Source: Candidatus Bathyarchaeum tardum (GTDB taxonomy: Archaea; Thermoproteota; Bathyarchaeia; Bathyarchaeales; Bathyarchaeaceae). Taken from it: DNA of 64,000 bases. The stretch spans positions 1,664,001 through 1,728,000 of the forward strand of contig CP122380.1 of assembly GCA_024650005.2 (NCBI GenBank), given 5' to 3'. The notes beneath the pieces were generated by a model. It saw nothing but the letters and a program-made list of their open reading frames with translations, was not told the DNA's origin and ran no database searches. The translations under genes and the position numbers were made by a program. Numbering within the stretch: the stretch's first letter is position 1; every line of letters starts with the position of its first letter. Of this stretch, positions 9,859 to 19,775 are shown piece after piece.

Positions 9859-10123
9859 AAGTCAATATTTTTTTAAACAGTTTTTCCTTTCTTACTGTGA
9901 GTGATAAGCTCATTTTCTCCAAGCCGTGCACAAATTGAGCAAAAACCTAATTTTTCAATGTCTTCATTGTGTTGAACAAATTGGTTGTGAACTGTTTTTG
10001 TACATCTTTGCTTAGCAACAATTTTTTCGGCATCAACAATAAAGTTTCCACCTCTGGAAATTTTTCGCATACTTTTTTTTCTAAAACCGCCAATTCAACA
10101 CGATTCTTAAGTTATTTGTCTAA

Positions 10124-11260
10124 TTATTCAATTTTTATTACTTTTTCGATGTTATAATCGGTTACAACTTTTATTGTTCCAGCAAACTCTGCGTCTAGTT
10201 TGGGATCCCCTGTGTCTACTTTGAGACGCCTTATGTGTTTCATTTTGTTTTCCGTTGCAACTACTATGATGTTTTCTTTTCCCACTTTGCGTATTACTTT
10301 TGGGCTTATCTGCTGGTTTCCTCTGCCGAAAACAAAACCTTGACCCCCGATGGGAGTAACAATGATTTTGGCTTTTTTTCCTTCGATTGCTTCTAGGATT
10401 TGTTGCTCGTTCACGTCTTTTGCCACAATTTTTTTGTCAACAAAAAGGTCCACACCAAGAAGGCTCTTTTTTTGGTCTAAAAGATCCCCGATAGTTCGCG
10501 TGGTTGTTCCCGCTGACACAATATAAACCACGTCCTCTTTCATTTCTTCAATAACATAAACAGCCATAGCAGCTTGGTTACGCAACTCACTTTCCGTCAT
10601 GGGCGACGCCATCTTAGCCCCTTGAATCAAATGGGGTTCATATGGGCTAATCAAATAACCATGCAATCTTGCAGAAACCCTGCCGTGACGGAATTCTTCT
10701 TCATCTATATCCATGACTTCGGCTTCCCATAAGGGCAAAAAGCCATAAAGATACTGAGAAGCAATTCGTGCTGCTGATTTTGGGTCTATTCCAAAAACTG
10801 CACTGTGCATTTTTACTCCAGTTGGTACTCCCAAAACAGGAGTTTTTATATCAACAGCTGTTAGGACGTCTCTTGCTGTTCCGTCGCCTCCACAAAAAAC
10901 TAGAAGGTCAACATTTTGGGCTGCAATAGTTTTTGCAACAGCTACGGTGTCTTCGGGTTTGGTGTTTGTTTTTTGTTCTCCAAAAACTTTGTAATCGTAA
11001 CCTTGATTTTTTGCTTCAGTTTCGCCCATCAATCCGGGACCAACTAATAGCAGTATGTCCTCTTTTACTGGTTCTAATTCTTTAAGAAAAAGTTCTGCAC
11101 GTGCAGGAGCAACGGCTTTTGCACCAAGGGCAACCGCTTTTTTTAGAATTTCGGTGCCGTCGGTACCTTTTAGTCCAACTGCTCCGCCCATGCCTGCGAT
11201 CGGGTTAACAATAAAACCTACTGTTTTTTTGAACCTGTTTTGAGGGTCTGCTTGCGTCAA
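10124..11260 (-). CDS. ATP-NAD kinase family protein (AcoX-like)
   Basis: VNPIAGMGG.VGLKGTDG, GGDGTARD, GVKMHS, GGQGFVFGRGNQQ. Confidence 0.9.
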   Translation of the reverse strand: MTQADPQNRFKKTVGFIVNPIAGMGGAVGLKGTDGTEILKKAVALGAKAVAPARAELFLKELEPVKEDILLLVGPGLMGETEAKNQGYDYKVFGEQKTNTKPEDTVAVAKTIAAQNVDLLVFCGGDGTARDVLTAVDIKTPVLGVPTGVKMHSAVFGIDPKSAARIASQYLYGFLPLWEAEVMDIDEEEFRHGRVSARLHGYLISPYEPHLIQGAKMASPMTESELRNQAAMAVYVIEEMKEDVVYIVSAGTTTRTIGDLLDQKKSLLGVDLFVDKKIVAKDVNEQQILEAIEGKKAKIIVTPIGGQGFVFGRGNQQISPKVIRKVGKENIIVVATENKMKHIRRLKVDTGDPKLDAEFAGTIKVVTDYNIEKVIKIE

Positions 11261-11304
11261 CGATTCTTTCCTTCTGTGTTGAGCATTTACTGACTTAACG
11301 TATA

Positions 11305-11631
11305 TTACATGTGCTGTTTAAGGGCGTCTTCTAGGGGTCCGCGACCTACTGCGCCTACGATTTTTTGGACAACTTGTCCGTTCTTGAATATCAAAAAGTG
11401 TGGGATGCTCATGATTCCGTAACGTCCAGAAATTTGGTTGTTTTCGTCCACGTTTACTTTTCCAAATTTTGCTTTTCCAGCGTATGCTTTTGCGAGTTCT
11501 TCCATTACAGGAGCCATCATTCTGCAGGGCATGCACCAGTCTGCCCAGAAATCAACTAATACAGGTACATCCGAATTTATGAAACTGTCAAAAGATGAAG
11601 AAGTCAACGCTACCACGTCTTTATGTTCCAT
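11305..11631 (-). CDS. trxA: Thioredoxin
   Basis: VDFWADWCMPC, IMSIP; GGAGGTGA SD before ATG 11631. Confidence 0.95.
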   Translation of the reverse strand: MEHKDVVALTSSSFDSFINSDVPVLVDFWADWCMPCRMMAPVMEELAKAYAGKAKFGKVNVDENNQISGRYGIMSIPHFLIFKNGQVVQKIVGAVGRGPLEDALKQHM

Positions 11632-11910
11632 TACCACATTCACCTCCACAAAAGTAAGTTTGCATTTAGATTCTCAGTTGATGGGCATCATTAAAACATT
11701 ATGGTTTACAGTTTCTAGGCTCTTAACAATACAGTTGACATGAAGGTTAAAGTTTTATCTAGAAAGAATATGATTAAATACGTTCGAAAACATTCATTAC
11801 AGTAAAGCATGTGCCAAGCAACTCATGCACCTGATTATCGTTAATTCAAAAAATAACAACAAAACTAGCCAACTCACGAATGCTTGGACAAAAAAGGGTA
11901 GGAAAATAAA

Positions 11911-14355
11911 ATGGCTGATCAACAAAAGAAACGGATTGTTCTGAACATTGGAGAAATGCATTGTGCAACTTGTGTTCAGACCATAGAAAAACGGTTGTCT
12001 AAAATGAAGGGGGTAATTAATGCGACAATTAACCTGGCTTCAGAAAAAGCAAGCATAGACTACGACCCAACAGTTGTAGACCAACAAACCATTGAAGACA
12101 CCATCACCGAAATTGGATACAAGGTCATTCATCAAGAAGTTACCTTCAAACTCAGTGGAATGCATTGCACCATGTGTGCTCAAGCTATAGAAAAAGCATT
12201 GAACAAAAAAGAAGGCGTTTACAAGGCGGCGGTTAATTTTGCCACTGAATCGGCATTTGTTGAGTTTAATCCGGCTCAGGTTAGTTTAGAAGCCATAAAA
12301 AAGGTTATTCGAGAAGTTGGATACGACGTTTTGGAACCCGAAGGAGGAATCCAAGATGCTGAACAAAAAGAACGAGAAAACGAAATACGTTCCCTGAAAA
12401 ATAAGCTAATTTTTTCGGTTGCATTAACCATTCCGGTAGTATTGTACAGCAATGCACGGTTTCTTCCGTTTTCGTTACCTGCTTTGCCTATCGACAATTT
12501 TGTTCCTTTGCTCTTGTTTGTTTTATCAACTCCAGTTCATTTCCTAGTTGGGCACCAGTTCTTCACGGGCGCGTATAAGGCAATAAAAAACAAAAACCCA
12601 AACATGGACGTGCTAGTTACACTGGGCACTTCCGCGGCTTACTTCTACAGTGTCTATGTCACATTCTTTGGAGGAGGAAAACTATACTATACCACCGCCG
12701 TGTCCCTGATGATGTTTCTTGTTCTAGGAAAACTCCTAGAAGCCATTGCTAAAGGCAGAACTTCAGCAGCTATACGCAAGCTCATGGGATTACGAGCCAA
12801 AACAGCCCGAATAATCAGAAACGGAAAAGAAACCGAGGTCCCAGTTGAAGACGTTCAAGTTGGAGACATTGTAATTGTTCGCCCGGGAGAAAAAATCCCT
12901 GTTGACGGAGTAGTCACTGACGGATATTCAGGAGTAGATGAGAAAGTAATCACTGGAGAAAGCATTCCTGTAGAAAAAAAGGTTGGAGATTCAGTTGTTG
13001 GAGCAACAATAAACAAAACAGGTATGCTCAAATTCAAAGCAACAAAAGTTGGCTCTGACACGGTACTGGCTCAGATTATCAAACTTGTAGAAAACGCCTT
13101 GGGTTCTAAAGCCCCAATCCAACGCATGGTAGACGCAGTCAGTAGCTACTTTGTGCCAATGGTCTTAATTGCTGCAACCATATCATTTTTCGTTTGGTAT
13201 CTTGTGGCAGCAGAGTTTACTTTTGCTTTAACCATATTCATTGCTGTTCTAATCATCGCCTGCCCATGCGCCATGGGATTAGCTACACCAACCGCAATCA
13301 TGGTCGGAGTGGGAAAAGGAGCCGAATTCGGAGTTCTAATCAAAAGCAGCGAAGCTTTAGAAACAGTCCACAAACTTCAAGCAATCGTTTTTGACAAAAC
13401 GGGAACCTTGACTAAAGGAGAACCTGAAGTCACAGACATTATTCCTGTTTCAGCGTCCAAAGAAACCAAACATGACGAAGAAGAACTACTAAAACTAGCA
13501 GCTATAGCTGAAAAAAACTCAGAGCATCCACTTGGAGAGGCAATTGTAAAAAAAGCGCAAGAAATGGACATTAAAGTTTCTGATCCTGAAAAGTTTAATG
13601 CCATTCCAGGATACGGCGTTGAAGTTGAACACAACAAAAAGAAGGTTTTGCTGGGCACCCGAAAGTTGATGGAACAAAACAACGTGGACATCAAGGAACT
13701 GGAAAAAAAGATGCAATCCTTGGAAGAGGACGGCAAGACTGCGATGCTTGTTGCAGTGGATGGAAAAGCTGCAGGTGTGATTGCTGTTGCTGATACTTTG
13801 AAGGAATATTCAGTTGATGCAGTTAAGACCCTTCAAAACATGGGGATTGAAGTAATCATGCTCACGGGGGACAACAAACGAACGGCGCAAGCCATCGCTA
13901 AACAGATTGGAGTAAACCGTGTGTTTGCAGAAGTTTTGCCCAAAGACAAAGCTTCAGAAATCAAAAGACTTCAAGATGAAGGAAAAATAGTAGCAATGGT
14001 TGGAGACGGAATAAATGATGCCCCAGCGTTAGCTCAAGCAAACATTGGAATCGCAGTTGGAAGCGGAACCGACGTAGCCATAGAAACTGGAGACATCGTG
14101 TTGGTCAAAAATGACCTACGAGACGTAGTAACCAGCATCCAGCTCAGCAATGCTACAATCAACAAAATCAAACAAGGCTTGTTCTGGGCATTCGCCTACA
14201 ACGTTATATTGATTCCAGTAGCAGCAGGCATTTTGAATCCCTATTTCTTAGAACCCACCTATGCTGCAGCTGCAATGTCACTAAGCTCGGTTTCGGTAGT
14301 AATTAATGCGTCCCTGTTGAAACGATTCAAACCCAAACTTGAAAAACAAAACTAA
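11911..14355 (+). CDS. copA: Copper-translocating P1B-type ATPase
   Basis: Two HMA domains (MHCATC, MHCTMC), TGES, CPC, DKTGT, SEHP, GDGIND, YN and MSLSS motifs. Confidence 0.97.
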   Translation: MADQQKKRIVLNIGEMHCATCVQTIEKRLSKMKGVINATINLASEKASIDYDPTVVDQQTIEDTITEIGYKVIHQEVTFKLSGMHCTMCAQAIEKALNKKEGVYKAAVNFATESAFVEFNPAQVSLEAIKKVIREVGYDVLEPEGGIQDAEQKERENEIRSLKNKLIFSVALTIPVVLYSNARFLPFSLPALPIDNFVPLLLFVLSTPVHFLVGHQFFTGAYKAIKNKNPNMDVLVTLGTSAAYFYSVYVTFFGGGKLYYTTAVSLMMFLVLGKLLEAIAKGRTSAAIRKLMGLRAKTARIIRNGKETEVPVEDVQVGDIVIVRPGEKIPVDGVVTDGYSGVDEKVITGESIPVEKKVGDSVVGATINKTGMLKFKATKVGSDTVLAQIIKLVENALGSKAPIQRMVDAVSSYFVPMVLIAATISFFVWYLVAAEFTFALTIFIAVLIIACPCAMGLATPTAIMVGVGKGAEFGVLIKSSEALETVHKLQAIVFDKTGTLTKGEPEVTDIIPVSASKETKHDEEELLKLAAIAEKNSEHPLGEAIVKKAQEMDIKVSDPEKFNAIPGYGVEVEHNKKKVLLGTRKLMEQNNVDIKELEKKMQSLEEDGKTAMLVAVDGKAAGVIAVADTLKEYSVDAVKTLQNMGIEVIMLTGDNKRTAQAIAKQIGVNRVFAEVLPKDKASEIKRLQDEGKIVAMVGDGINDAPALAQANIGIAVGSGTDVAIETGDIVLVKNDLRDVVTSIQLSNATINKIKQGLFWAFAYNVILIPVAAGILNPYFLEPTYAAAAMSLSSVSVVINASLLKRFKPKLEKQN

Positions 14356-14371
14356 AGGAGGTGAAAAACAA

Positions 14372-14515
14372 TTGGCAATAGACCCAATCTGTAAAATGAC
14401 CGTAGATGAAAAAACAGCTAAACACAAAAGCAACTACAAAGGCAAAACCTATTACTTTTGCGCACCGGGATGCAAAATCGCCTTTGACGAAGACCCAGAA
14501 AAATATTTAAAGTAA
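14372..14515 (+). CDS. YHS/TRASH domain metal-binding protein, 47 aa (absent from ORF track)
   Basis: GGAGGTGA SD, TTG start; MAIDPICKMTVDEKTAKHKSNYKGKTYYFCAPGCKIAFDEDPEKYLK. Confidence 0.93.
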   Translation: MAIDPICKMTVDEKTAKHKSNYKGKTYYFCAPGCKIAFDEDPEKYLK

Positions 14516-14586
14516 CAGTGTAGCCTTTGAGCAACTTCAGCAACGATAAGGTTATTAGTTTTTTTTAACATTGCAATTTAGCCTCT

Positions 14587-14662
14587 GGTGGGGTGGCTGA
14601 ATGGTTTAGGCGGCAGCCTGCAGAGTTGCTCTATAAGGGTTCAATTCCCTTCCCCACCTCCA
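14587..14662 (+). tRNA. tRNA-Cys(GCA), intronless, CCA encoded
   Basis: Acceptor GGTGGGG/CCCCACC, anticodon arm GCAGC-CTGCAGA-GTTGC, T arm AAGGG-TTCAATT-CCCTT, U discriminator, then CCA. Confidence 0.95.
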
Positions 14663-14846
14663 TAACTAAATTTGTGAGCGCGAACGATAGTACTTCTTTT
14701 TTGTTATCTCAAACTTAGGCGGAAAAGTCAACCAATATTAAGTAAGTTATTCTATGATTTTGAAAAATTATTAAAATGTAAAAGTGGAATTGAATCAAAT
14801 GGTTAAGACTGAGACTAAAAAGTTTAGTCAACAGTTGTCCAATTGA

Positions 14847-15047
14847 TTATACGTAGTAGTGTCGGTTTTGTGTTTTTTTTATTTTGCCTAGAAAAGACCC
14901 TGCAAAATAGCTTAACCAGTATTCTTCTTGGTCATCTAGATTAGCTTCTTGAAAGGTTACTGCAGTTTCTACAGAAGTAGCCCCAGCTTTCTCTAATTTC
15001 CGAATAAGTCTGTGTTGCATTTCAAACTCAAGCCCAAAGGATGACAA
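14847..15047 (-). CDS. Small hypothetical protein, possibly winged-helix-like
   Basis: GGAGGG SD, TTG start, 66 aa ending KIKKTQNRHYYV. Confidence 0.6.
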   Translation of the reverse strand: MSSFGLEFEMQHRLIRKLEKAGATSVETAVTFQEANLDDQEEYWLSYFAGSFLGKIKKTQNRHYYV

Positions 15048-15324
15048 TCTTTACTTTTCCCTCCATTACATTGATAAATGATAGAAAACTCAACGGAGGA
15101 CAAAAGCACAATCTTGCCAGAACCCATTAAGAAAATGCTACCAATAAAAAATACAAATTGGTCACTTAAGAACTCATCAGTTTTTTCTAAAGAAAGTCTC
15201 AAAAAAAGAATTATCCATAATTAAATCAAGGGCTTATTTCGAACTATAACCAAGTTCATAGATTGCACATCATAAAAAACTCAACAACTCAATAGTTGAA
15301 TAGAATTAACAAGTTAAAAGCATT

Positions 15325-15837
15325 TCAAGAAAGTTTAGTTGCTTGTTCATAATAGATTGCTTCAGAAATTGGTTTTTCCGGGGAAATTGATGTTTCTATA
15401 ACAATTGTTTTTGCGATTCTATCAACGTATTTTTGATGACGTTTGGAAGAAAATCCGATAATTGTGTCGACAAGGAGCAAAATGGCGTTGAATTTGCTTA
15501 GGTTTCGGATTAAACTTGTCTTCAATGTTGGTTTATGTTTTTTTGAGGTTATTACTTTAAGAGAGAATACTTTTTTTCCTAAAGTATAACCAAAACGTGT
15601 TTCCATTACTGAAAAATATACCAAAGATAAGATGCCAGAAGCTAAAACAAATTCAAGAAAACGAAAACTAGGCCATATTATTCCAGTTGCTATCAAGACA
15701 ACAAAATAATCGATTACAACTGCACTTGAACGTTTTAGCCAATATTCCTGTAAACTAAGATGATCAGTTAAGAAATCTTCAACATTGTGAAGTTTCAAGC
15801 CTATAGCTGTAATTATTGACCGCATTTGTTTATCCAT
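15325..15837 (-). CDS. RDD family membrane protein
   Basis: KR..A.VID, YF..ME...G.TLGK...LKV, IRN, D.IA.T. Confidence 0.85.
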   Translation of the reverse strand: MDKQMRSIITAIGLKLHNVEDFLTDHLSLQEYWLKRSSAVVIDYFVVLIATGIIWPSFRFLEFVLASGILSLVYFSVMETRFGYTLGKKVFSLKVITSKKHKPTLKTSLIRNLSKFNAILLLVDTIIGFSSKRHQKYVDRIAKTIVIETSISPEKPISEAIYYEQATKLS

Positions 15838-16036
15838 TTTTTAGCACAGGCTTTTTATTTGGTTCAATGCGTCCTTTGTTTGTTGTTTTAGAATTTGGAC
15901 GTGAACAATTAGCAGTTGTAATGAGATTATAAAAAGAGAAATTCTAGCTTCAAAAATATGTCAAAACCTGATACATAAAAAACAGTAAAAGTAATCTGTA
16001 AAATGTCAGTTTACTTTGTTAGGAGAGTAAGCAAAT

Positions 16037-17203
16037 CTGGAAAAAAGAAAAACTGTTTTTGTTGCGTGTCTTGTTACAGTTCTGCTTGTAAGTTTTGCTA
16101 GCATATGGCTTCTGTTGTTTAATCAGGGTCCTACAGGTGAAGAATACAAGGTTTGGGCGGAGCAGCTACTAGATAATGCACGGGTTGAATATCAAAAAAT
16201 CAGGGGGGAATCTGTTCGGGAAGTGGTTTTAGAAGTAGTAAATCAAAGTTGGGTTATTGAAAACTGGGGAGTTGGATACATCGACACAAAACAGACGATA
16301 ATAGAAGAAAACACGTACAAGGCTTTGTTTATGATCCCGCAGGATGCTGATTTATACGAGATTAAGCTGTCTTGGACGGGAATGTATCATGCTGCTAAAT
16401 GGAAAGGCAATATCTATGTTGTTGAGGACAATTTTGACATAACTCAAAACTCCAGTGTTACTGCAACTTTTGTTCACGAGCTAACCCATATTATGCAAGA
16501 TAACTATTCTTTGCCTCAAAGTACCACAATTGACGCAAACAAAGCATTAAGTGCCCTCAAAGAAGGGGACGCCACCCTAATGGCAGATACTTACAAAAAT
16601 AACGGGGTAGTGCCACCTTCTGCAGAAGTTACAATGCCAAGATCATCGAGCATTCCTAAAACAATTGATAGGCTAAACAGGTTTGTTTACCGTTACGGTG
16701 TAGAATTTGTCAAAGCAATATACCAACAGGGAGGTTGGGAAGCAGTAAACCAAGCATATAGTATTTTGCCAAATACTACAGAACAAATAATGCATCCAGA
16801 AAAATATTTTTCCCAAGAAAATGCTCAGACAGTTCGAGCCCCCACAGTAACCGGAAACTGGAGTTTAACAAAAACTGACAGTTTCGGCGAATACTTTGTT
16901 TACGTTATGCTAGACCATTGGATTTCTACAGAAGACGCAAAAACAGCAGCAGAAGGATGGGGAGGCGACCTGTTTAGTTACTACGAAAATGGGGATGAAT
17001 TTATTTTCACTTGGAACATTGTTTGGGACTCTGAAAACGACGCTAATGAGTTTTATGAAAAATTCCAAGATATGATGGCAGAAACATTAGTTACTAATAT
17101 AGATAAAGACTGCTGGTTTGAGTATGGAAGGTATCTTCGCATTCATTTGAATGAAAACTCGACATTAATAACAAGTTCTGTAGATGCATCAATTGTTCAA
17201 TAG
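16037..17203 (+). CDS. Membrane-anchored zincin-like surface protein; probable CTG start
   Basis: HELTH and EGDA, Y.YG..FV, STE/TTEQIMHPEKY, GWGGD; intact N-terminal anchor only if read from CTG 16037. Confidence 0.8.
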   Translation: MEKRKTVFVACLVTVLLVSFASIWLLLFNQGPTGEEYKVWAEQLLDNARVEYQKIRGESVREVVLEVVNQSWVIENWGVGYIDTKQTIIEENTYKALFMIPQDADLYEIKLSWTGMYHAAKWKGNIYVVEDNFDITQNSSVTATFVHELTHIMQDNYSLPQSTTIDANKALSALKEGDATLMADTYKNNGVVPPSAEVTMPRSSSIPKTIDRLNRFVYRYGVEFVKAIYQQGGWEAVNQAYSILPNTTEQIMHPEKYFSQENAQTVRAPTVTGNWSLTKTDSFGEYFVYVMLDHWISTEDAKTAAEGWGGDLFSYYENGDEFIFTWNIVWDSENDANEFYEKFQDMMAETLVTNIDKDCWFEYGRYLRIHLNENSTLITSSVDASIVQ

Positions 17204-17277
17204 ATTCTAAATCAATTAAATAATTGATATGTGAATAAGTAATTCACAGCAAAGCAGGTATTAGGAGTGAACAACAA

Positions 17278-17973
17278 ATGACCAAAATTGGCAGATTTGA
17301 CGAGTTAGCCCAAAATTTTTTGGATAAAACAATTACTAAAAAACAATTGCTCAAAATGGTTAAAGAAGATTCAAGCTTAATTCCATTGCTGCTAGAAGGT
17401 GTGGGACATAAAAAAGCTTCAGTTCGATATGGCTGTTCAAGTGTTTTAATGAATTTAAGTGAAAATAATCCAGAACTGTTGTATCCTGAGTTTGATTTTT
17501 TTGTCAAGTTACTAGACATCAAATACCGAATCTTAACTTGGAACGCCTTTACAATAATTGCAAACCTAACACAGGTTGACGATGGAAAAAAGTTTGACGC
17601 AATTTTTGAAAAATATTACAGCTTTTTGGATAATGAATACATGGTTACCGTTGCTAATGTTGTTGGCAATTCAGGTAAGATTGCCAATTCAAAACCCTAC
17701 TTTGTTCCAAAGATTACTGAAAAACTATTAAGGGTTCAAAACCTTTCCACAACGCCTCATTTAACGGAAGAATGTAAAAAAGTGATAGCTCAACAAGCCA
17801 TTGCTTCTTTTGATTTATTTTTTGACAATATTGGTCAACAACAAGAACAGGTAATCAATTTTGTAAAATCACATGTAGGCAGTTCACGGAAAAAATTGAA
17901 CAAAAAAGCAGAAAAATTTCTTGAAAAATGGACCCGCAAAGCCACCTCAACAACAAATAGCAATTCTATTTAA
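17278..17973 (+). CDS. HEAT/ARM-repeat-like hypothetical protein
   Basis: Helical repeats (VRYGCSSVL..LSENNPELLYP); GGAGTGA SD. Confidence 0.75.
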   Translation: MTKIGRFDELAQNFLDKTITKKQLLKMVKEDSSLIPLLLEGVGHKKASVRYGCSSVLMNLSENNPELLYPEFDFFVKLLDIKYRILTWNAFTIIANLTQVDDGKKFDAIFEKYYSFLDNEYMVTVANVVGNSGKIANSKPYFVPKITEKLLRVQNLSTTPHLTEECKKVIAQQAIASFDLFFDNIGQQQEQVINFVKSHVGSSRKKLNKKAEKFLEKWTRKATSTTNSNSI

Positions 17974-18121
17974 TGTAAAATAAACAAGGATATTCTAAGG
18001 GCACATGAATTTCCTTGGAACTCCTTACTGTATTTGTGTTGTTCTTATCTACAAAAACAGATTTAGACTTCAGAACCTTTTAATTATCTGCATACATAAA
18101 ACGAGAAAGATGAACTCCATA

Positions 18122-18241
18122 ATGCCTGTCGATGAATCCTTTGAAAAAATGTTAAAAAATCGCGGTTGTTCTGAACGGGCAATAGAAGAACTTTGGAAAT
18201 GGTTCGACCATTCTGAAAAAAAAGGAGTTGCCAGTTTCTAA
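18122..18241 (+). CDS. Small hypothetical protein, about 39 aa
   Basis: MPVDESFEKMLKNRGCSERAIEELWKWFDHSEKKGVASF; protein-like amphipathic composition; start uncertain. Confidence 0.5.
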   Translation: MPVDESFEKMLKNRGCSERAIEELWKWFDHSEKKGVASF

Positions 18242-18331
18242 TTAATCAATAAAAGAAAACTGTTTTTCAAGTCTGTAGGCAATCAATAAAAGCGGTAAAG
18301 TAATTCTTTTAGAATCGGAGTTCAATCGCAT

Positions 18332-19735
18332 ATGGCTACTCTGAAATGCAGTAATTGTTCGTCAGTTTTTTCAGCATATCCACCCAAACACACATGTGAA
18401 AAATGTGGGAACTTACTTGATTACACATACGATTTTGAGCAACTAAAAGAAGTTGAACTTCCCAAACAGTTCACGTTTTGGAAATTCAAACAATATTTGC
18501 CCGAAATAAAAAATCCTGTCACCTTAGGAGAAGGGGGAACCCCACTACACAAAGCATTACGTTTAGCCAAAAAGTTAGGATTAAACAGTTTGTATTTAAA
18601 AGATGAAACACGAAATCCAACAAATTCTTTCAGAGACCGTTGTGCAGCTCTAATGGTTTCAAACGCTTTAGATCATGGCCATAAGTCCGTGATTTGTGCT
18701 TCTAACGGAAACATGGGAGCATCCATGGCGGCTTACTGTGCAAAATCAGGGTTAACGTGCAATGTTGTTGTTCCAAAAATGGTTGATGTTGGAAAACTGG
18801 CGCAGATGATGATATACGATGCAGTGATTGAAGAACATGGAGAAACCGTTGATGAATCAATTATTCGAGCAGAAGCGCTGGCAAAAGAAACTGGATGGTA
18901 TCAAGCAACAGCAGAATTTAATCCTTTAACTATAGAGGCAGAAAAAACCATCAGCTACGAAGTAGTTGAGCAGTTTGGAGTTCCAGACTGGTTTGTAGTC
19001 TCCATGGGAAACGGAGGAACCATCTATTCGTTATGGAAAGGCTTCAAAGACCTTTACACCTTACAGAGAATAAATAAAATTCCAAAAATGATTGGAGTTC
19101 AAGCCAGTGGCTGTGCACCCATAGTTGAAGCGTACAGAAAAAACAGTTCAGTCGGTCCTAATGCCTGTGAATCGTACACCCATGCTTTAGGAATATTTGT
19201 TAAAAAACCCCTCAACGGAACAAAAGCCCTTCAGGCAATAATAGAATCAGGAGGCGTAGCAATTATGGTTAAAGATTCTGAAATTTTCACTGCAGAAAAA
19301 GAAATTGCAAGTCGTGAAGGTTTATTTGCTGAACCTTCCAGCTCTGCTACAATTGCAGCTCTAAAAAATTTAGTGGTTAATGGAGTTGTAAGAAATGATG
19401 AATCAGTAATCTGTTTGATTACAGGAAGCGGTTTGAAGGCAACTGATGTCCTTCAACAGTTAGTAAAGAAACGAAAAACTGCGAAAGTTGGTTCAGAATT
19501 AAGCACCAAAGAAAAAATTTTACGCATTTTAGCTAACCAAGATACATATGGTTACGATTTATGGAAAAAAATTGGAAAAACAATGACCCGTGCAGCCATT
19601 TATCAACATCTGAATGATTTGTCGAGCCGAGGAGCCCTTGTGTCGTATCAAAGGGAGGGTCGAAAATATTTTCGTATCACAGAACGGGGGCAAAGGGCTT
19701 TGGTTGCTCTTGATGACTTGAAACTGTTACTTTGA
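18332..19735 (+). CDS. Threonine-synthase-fold protein lacking the catalytic Lys, fused to a C-terminal PadR-like winged helix
   Basis: Zn ribbon, LGEGGTPL, NPTNSFRDR (canonical SFKDR), ASNGN, GNGGT, TGSGLK; tail YGYDLWK..IYQHL..L..RG...RKYFRITERG. Confidence 0.9.
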   Translation: MATLKCSNCSSVFSAYPPKHTCEKCGNLLDYTYDFEQLKEVELPKQFTFWKFKQYLPEIKNPVTLGEGGTPLHKALRLAKKLGLNSLYLKDETRNPTNSFRDRCAALMVSNALDHGHKSVICASNGNMGASMAAYCAKSGLTCNVVVPKMVDVGKLAQMMIYDAVIEEHGETVDESIIRAEALAKETGWYQATAEFNPLTIEAEKTISYEVVEQFGVPDWFVVSMGNGGTIYSLWKGFKDLYTLQRINKIPKMIGVQASGCAPIVEAYRKNSSVGPNACESYTHALGIFVKKPLNGTKALQAIIESGGVAIMVKDSEIFTAEKEIASREGLFAEPSSSATIAALKNLVVNGVVRNDESVICLITGSGLKATDVLQQLVKKRKTAKVGSELSTKEKILRILANQDTYGYDLWKKIGKTMTRAAIYQHLNDLSSRGALVSYQREGRKYFRITERGQRALVALDDLKLLL

Positions 19736-19737
19736 AA

Positions 19738-19772
19738 GAAACTTTTAATAGTATAGTTATAACTACACTATT
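19738..19772 (+). promoter_or_regulatory. BRE-TATA overlapped by a 26-bp near-perfect palindrome
   Basis: GAAAC-TTTTAATA then AATAGT-A-TAGTTATAACTA-C-ACTATT (19747-19772). Confidence 0.65.
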
Positions 19773-19775
19773 TTT

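Noticed and set aside
9873-10070. 65-aa minus-strand ORF with CSIC
   Set aside because: No convincing start/SD pairing in frame; it may be a frameshifted remnant but cannot be supported.
14587-18300. Integrated element at tRNA-Cys
   Set aside because: No integrase and no repeated tRNA 3' end (att site) was seen in the window.
18332-19735. Calling this gene thrC
   Set aside because: The catalytic Lys is absent and an extra DNA-binding domain is present, so the symbol was withheld.
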